A program made the position numbers and the translations under genes. A model generated the notes under the pieces. That model saw only the letters and a list, made by a program, of their open reading frames with translations. It was not told the DNA's origin and made no database searches. DNA of 60,746 bases, filler included. It is 4 parts of 4 records of this genome, joined end to end, with 100 filler letters (N's around TTAATTAATTAA, not from the genome) between each part and the next. Parts side by side here need not be neighbours in the genome. Positions count along the whole stretch, not along the records: positions 44,929 to 60,746 come from DRR723986_6761; 3 more parts are not named here. One strand, given 5' to 3'. Shown here one piece after another: positions 57,278-60,746 of the stretch; positions within the stretch are counted from its first letter, which is position 1, and each line of letters opens with the position of its first letter.

Positions 57278-59188
57278 ATGAAAGACGCTGACCTGAGCCA
57301 CCTGTCCTGGGACGAGTGGGATGAACATCACGATCCCCGCCCCGAAGAAACCGATTTCGACCGCGTGGTCGAAGCCGCCCTTTCGCGCCGCGGCTTCCTG
57401 TCTGGCCTTGTCGCCTTCGGGTCCGGGGCCGCTGCCATGGGAACGGGTCTGCTGAACTCTACCGCTGCGCTGGCCATGGGCCACGGCGCTGGCCGCTTTG
57501 CCTTCACCCCGATCGCCGCGCAGACCGATTTCACCATCCATGTGCCCGATGGCTATTCCTGGGCACCGCTGGCCCGGTGGGGCGAGCCGCTGTTTTCCGA
57601 TGCGCCTGCCATGCTGGACCCCGCGACCGGTGTGACGGTCGAGGCCTCCGCCCGCGTCTTTGGCGAGAACACCGATGGGATGGAGCTGTTCAACGTCGAT
57701 GGCCACGAAATCATCGCCGTGAACCACGAATACGTGAACCCGGACATCAACCTGCCCGCCTCGGGTGGCGAGATCGAGACCGCCGATGCCGTGCTGACCT
57801 TGCAGAACATGCAAGGCGTCACCGTGATGGAAGTGGCCCGTGGCGCGGCTGGTTGGCAGATCGTCGTCGACAGCCCCTTCAACCGCCGCATCCACCACAA
57901 CACCGAAATGCGCCTGTCCGGCCCGGCTGCGGGGGATGCGATGCTGCAAACGTCGGCCGACCTGACAGGCACGATGGTTCTTGGCACGCTCAACAACTGT
58001 GGTTCGGGCCGCACGCCGTGGGGCACCTACCTGACCTGTGAAGAAAACTTCAACGGCTACTTCGGTTCCACCGATCCGAATTTCGAGCGCCCCGCCGCCT
58101 TCCGCCGCTATGGAATCGGCCTGGAAAGCCGCTACAACTACGAACAGCACGATGCACGGTTCGACATCTCGGTGGAACCGAACGAACCCAACCGCTTCGG
58201 CTATATTGTCGAAATCGACCCGTCGACCCCCGACAGCACCCCGATAAAGCGCACCGCGCTTGGCCGCTTCAAGCATGAAAACGCCGCCTGCGCGATTGCC
58301 CCCGATGGCCGCGTGGCCGTCTATATGGGCGACGATGAGCGGGGCGAGTTTTTGTACAAGTACCTGTCGGCAGGTGTCTATCAGCCGGGTGGTAACACCG
58401 ATGGCCTGCTGGATAACGGACAGCTCTACGTGGCTCGCTTCAATGAGGACGGCAGCGGAGAATGGGTCGCGCTGACGCCCGAGGCAACCGGTATGTCCGA
58501 GGTCGAAATCCTCGTTCATACTCGCATGGCGGCGTCCGCCGTCGGGGCCACCACCATGGACCGCCCCGAATGGGTTGCCGTGAACCCGATCGCGGTCGAG
58601 GCCTATTGCGCCCTGACCAACAACAGCCGCCGCGCGCTGCTCAATGATGACGGCACCATGCGCAGTAATGCAGGCGGCGACGTGATGGAGCTGAACGCGG
58701 TCAATCCGCGTGCGGGCAACCGCTATGGCCAGATCGTGCGCTGGCGTCCGGCAGATGACGATCACGCGTCGGACAGCTTCGCCTGGGATCTCTACGTGAT
58801 GGCCGGTAACCCGGAGGTGCATGACGACGCCTATGGCGGGTCCGACAACGTCAACGCGGGCAACCTCTTCAACTCGCCCGACGGGATGATGTTCGACAGC
58901 GCCGGTCTGCTGTGGATCCAGACCGATGGCGATGACAGCAACGAGGGCGATTTCGCGGGAATGGGCAACAACCAGATGCTCTGCGGCGATCCAGAGACGG
59001 GCGAGATCGTTCGCTTCCTGACCGGACCCAACGGTTCGGAAGTGACCGGCCTGACCTGGTCGTCGGACCGTCGCACCATGTTCGTGGGCATTCAGCATCC
59101 CTCGGCGCCGTTCCCGGATGGGGAAGGCCAGTTGGCCCGCTCGTCCGTCGTTGCCGTCTGGCGCAATGATGGCGGGCTGGTCGGCTAA
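57278..59188 (+). CDS. phoX: PhoX alkaline phosphatase (Tat-exported)
   Basis: 'SRRGFL' Tat; 'NHEY', 'NNCGSG.TPWGTYLTCEENF', 'LGRFKHE', 'MDRPEW', 'SPDG', 'EVTG', 'IQHP'. Confidence 0.96.
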   Translation: MKDADLSHLSWDEWDEHHDPRPEETDFDRVVEAALSRRGFLSGLVAFGSGAAAMGTGLLNSTAALAMGHGAGRFAFTPIAAQTDFTIHVPDGYSWAPLARWGEPLFSDAPAMLDPATGVTVEASARVFGENTDGMELFNVDGHEIIAVNHEYVNPDINLPASGGEIETADAVLTLQNMQGVTVMEVARGAAGWQIVVDSPFNRRIHHNTEMRLSGPAAGDAMLQTSADLTGTMVLGTLNNCGSGRTPWGTYLTCEENFNGYFGSTDPNFERPAAFRRYGIGLESRYNYEQHDARFDISVEPNEPNRFGYIVEIDPSTPDSTPIKRTALGRFKHENAACAIAPDGRVAVYMGDDERGEFLYKYLSAGVYQPGGNTDGLLDNGQLYVARFNEDGSGEWVALTPEATGMSEVEILVHTRMAASAVGATTMDRPEWVAVNPIAVEAYCALTNNSRRALLNDDGTMRSNAGGDVMELNAVNPRAGNRYGQIVRWRPADDDHASDSFAWDLYVMAGNPEVHDDAYGGSDNVNAGNLFNSPDGMMFDSAGLLWIQTDGDDSNEGDFAGMGNNQMLCGDPETGEIVRFLTGPNGSEVTGLTWSSDRRTMFVGIQHPSAPFPDGEGQLARSSVVAVWRNDGGLVG

Positions 59189-59231
59189 GCCCCGCCCCAA
59201 CGACATTTCAGTACCTGATTATTGTTAAACG

Positions 59232-59259
59232 CCCCGGCAGGCAGTGCTTGCCGGGGTTT
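59232..59259. terminator. Terminator between convergent phoX and GT2 genes
   Basis: CCCCGGCAGGCA-G-TGCTTGCCGGGG-TTT. Confidence 0.7.
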
Positions 59260-59264
59260 CCCCC

Positions 59265-59933
59265 TCAGGCCTGCGCGGCCATCAGCGGGTTGGACTTGCG
59301 GGCGATGGAATGCTCGGCCCCGATGTGGCGGCAGCCACCGTCTTCCAGATAGCCCACATGCCGCCCTGCCGCGCGCATATGGCGCGAGATGTCTTTTTCC
59401 TTGCCGAACCGGCTGTAGCCGCCAAGATCCTGCCAGGTGCTGCGCCGGATCACATGCGGGTTGAAGGTGAACCCGTACCAGCGCATGTGGACGCGGGTCA
59501 TAAGCGCGTAGGAAACGCCGTCAACCTCCTCATAAGTGACGCGGGCTGCACGTTGCGGTTCGAGCGGCATGTCATCCAGTTCCCGCACACAGATCGACGT
59601 CAGCGACGGGTCGGAGTCCAGCAAGGAGATGGCTTCGGGCAGGAAGTCTTTGCGGGCAAAGTCCCAATCATCCTCGATATGGAAGATATAGGGGGTCTCG
59701 ACCGCCTCATACATCGCATCTACGGCGGCGTGGTGGCCGACACGACCGCCAAGATCAATGCGACGCCCATGGGGGCAGAGCCTGTCGAACATCCGGTTCG
59801 TGGGATCATCCCCGAAATCATTGATCGCCACGATCGGCAGCAGCCGCATCTGAGGCCCCAGACTTTCAATCGTCTGTTCCAGATAATCGGGGCGCAGCCC
59901 CATCGTCATGCAAATCGTGATCTGCCCGCTCAT
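59265..59933 (-). CDS. Glycosyltransferase (GT2/GT-A fold)
   Basis: 'RPDYLEQTIESL', 'INDF', 'YIFHIEDDW', 'FTFNP..IR', 'RHIG'. Confidence 0.82.
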   Translation of the reverse strand: MSGQITICMTMGLRPDYLEQTIESLGPQMRLLPIVAINDFGDDPTNRMFDRLCPHGRRIDLGGRVGHHAAVDAMYEAVETPYIFHIEDDWDFARKDFLPEAISLLDSDPSLTSICVRELDDMPLEPQRAARVTYEEVDGVSYALMTRVHMRWYGFTFNPHVIRRSTWQDLGGYSRFGKEKDISRHMRAAGRHVGYLEDGGCRHIGAEHSIARKSNPLMAAQA

Positions 59934-60084
59934 CTCTTTGCCTCTCTGCCTTACCCCCGGCGGTGTGCGCTCTTGCGGGCAGGTCTGCTCGTTATTCTTA
60001 TCTTTACACAGTTTTTCCGAAAAATTCGGCAAAAAAATGACCCCGGGGAAAACCGCGGGGTCACTTCGATCGGGATGGTGTCTG

Positions 60085-60336
60085 TCAGCCGTTCGGGTCA
60101 ATATTTTGCGGGCAGTAGTGCCGGACATACATGTAGTAGCCCGGCGGCTGATCCGTCTGGACCACGTCGATTTCGTATGGCTCGACGAATGTTCCGGCCT
60201 CTGACATGCCGATATACCAGCCATTGGCATCGTAGTTGCAGATTTCGACGGCGGTCAGCATGACCGTATCATCCGATTGTGCATGTGCCGCCCCCGCAAG
60301 CGCGAAGAGCGTACAGCCAAGAATGCAATGTTTCAT
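60085..60336 (-). CDS. Small secreted hypothetical protein
   Basis: Signal peptide 'MKHCILGCTLFALAGAAHA-Q'; two Cys in the mature part. Confidence 0.6.
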   Translation of the reverse strand: MKHCILGCTLFALAGAAHAQSDDTVMLTAVEICNYDANGWYIGMSEAGTFVEPYEIDVVQTDQPPGYYMYVRHYCPQNIDPNG

Positions 60337-60455
60337 GAGGTTCCGATCAGATCTGATTGCGCTGGTCCCGACGCAACTATGCGGTACGGGACGTGAATAG
60401 GCAAAACTCTTCTGAAAAATAAAGATCTTGGGTCAGACCGGTCCTGCGATCACGA

Positions 60456-60488
60456 AAAAGGCCCCGGTCGTATTCGCCGGGGCCTTTT
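60456..60488 (-). terminator. Terminator after pnp
   Basis: AAAAGGCCCCGG...CCGGGGCCTTTT. Confidence 0.85.
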
Positions 60489-60511
60489 CCAATTCTCAAG
60501 TGGCGCAAAGC

Positions 60512-60746
60512 TTACTCGGCTTCGGGCGCTTCTTCCTTGCCGGTTTCCTGGTTGACCATCTTCATGGCCAGCCGGACCTTGCCGCGATCGTCGAAGCCCA
60601 AGAGCTTGACCCACACTTCCTGACCTTCTTTCAGAACGTCAGAGGGGTGGTTCAGGCGGCGGTTTTCGATCTGCGACACGTGCACCAGACCGTCACGCTT
60701 GCCGAAGAAGTTCACGAAGGCGCCGAAATCGACGATCTTCACGACC
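60512..60746 (-). CDS. pnp: Polynucleotide phosphorylase, C-terminal S1 domain; 5' truncated by the window
   Basis: '[26 protein letters not shown]...[14 protein letters not shown]'. Confidence 0.93.
   Translation of the reverse strand, partial: VVKIVDFGAFVNFFGKRDGLVHVSQIENRRLNHPSDVLKEGQEVWVKLLGFDDRGKVRLAMKMVNQETGKEEAPEAE

Noticed and set aside
57236-59206. 656-aa antisense ORF
   Set aside because: Shadow of phoX in GC-rich DNA; no motifs
59244-60263. 339-aa (+) ORF and the 99-aa N-terminal extension of the GT2 ORF
   Set aside because: Antisense shadow; the extension overlaps the 60085..60336 gene and is not protein-like
1-60746. CRISPR array, transposase or prophage
   Set aside because: No regularly spaced direct repeats and no recognisable cas, transposase or phage proteins

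Overview
The window is four unrelated contigs joined by artificial 100-nt linkers (N44-TTAATTAATTAA-N44) at 13287-13386, 30517-30616 and 44829-44928. Taxonomic calls are inferred from gene content and composition. (1) 1-13286, Planctomycetes/Pirellulaceae-like: floA, a pol-beta-type nucleotidyltransferase, nfeD, a large membrane protein, csrA, tRNA-Glu, aspartokinase, a PQQ beta-propeller, Rrf2 and PIN/TRAM. Both contig ends fall in a REP-like repeat. (2) 13387-30516, Gammaproteobacteria (Halieaceae-like): a tRNA 3' end, then TetR divergent from an SDR-SDR-BVMO-RPH/PigC-like dikinase-HAD operon, followed by DUF2058, two 2OG-Fe(II) oxygenases, a TonB receptor, PliI, AhpD, MOSC, DsbB, GST and curA. 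(3) 30617-44828, Bacteroidota (Cyclobacteriaceae-like): hemF, tamL, trmH, BASS, ACBP, gltA, a sufB-[four-helix-bundle]-sufCDSE-sufT-brx operon and Lrp. (4) 44929-60746, Rhodobacteraceae-like: an M20 amidohydrolase, a saccharopine-pathway pair, rluA, a kinase fused to an Acs-like C-terminal domain, ALDH, Prx6, an L,D-transpeptidase, phoX, GT2 and the pnp 3' end. The most striking unexplained structure is the four-helix-bundle (23S-IVP/Avd-like) gene between sufB and sufC. It is bracketed by 32-nt inverted arrays of ATTTGAN heptamers, and each array ends exactly at a start codon, suggesting a loop-out cassette inside an mRNA. The second candidate is the tRNA-adjacent oxidation/phosphorylation operon. 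No CRISPR array, rRNA, intact transposase or phage genes were seen.
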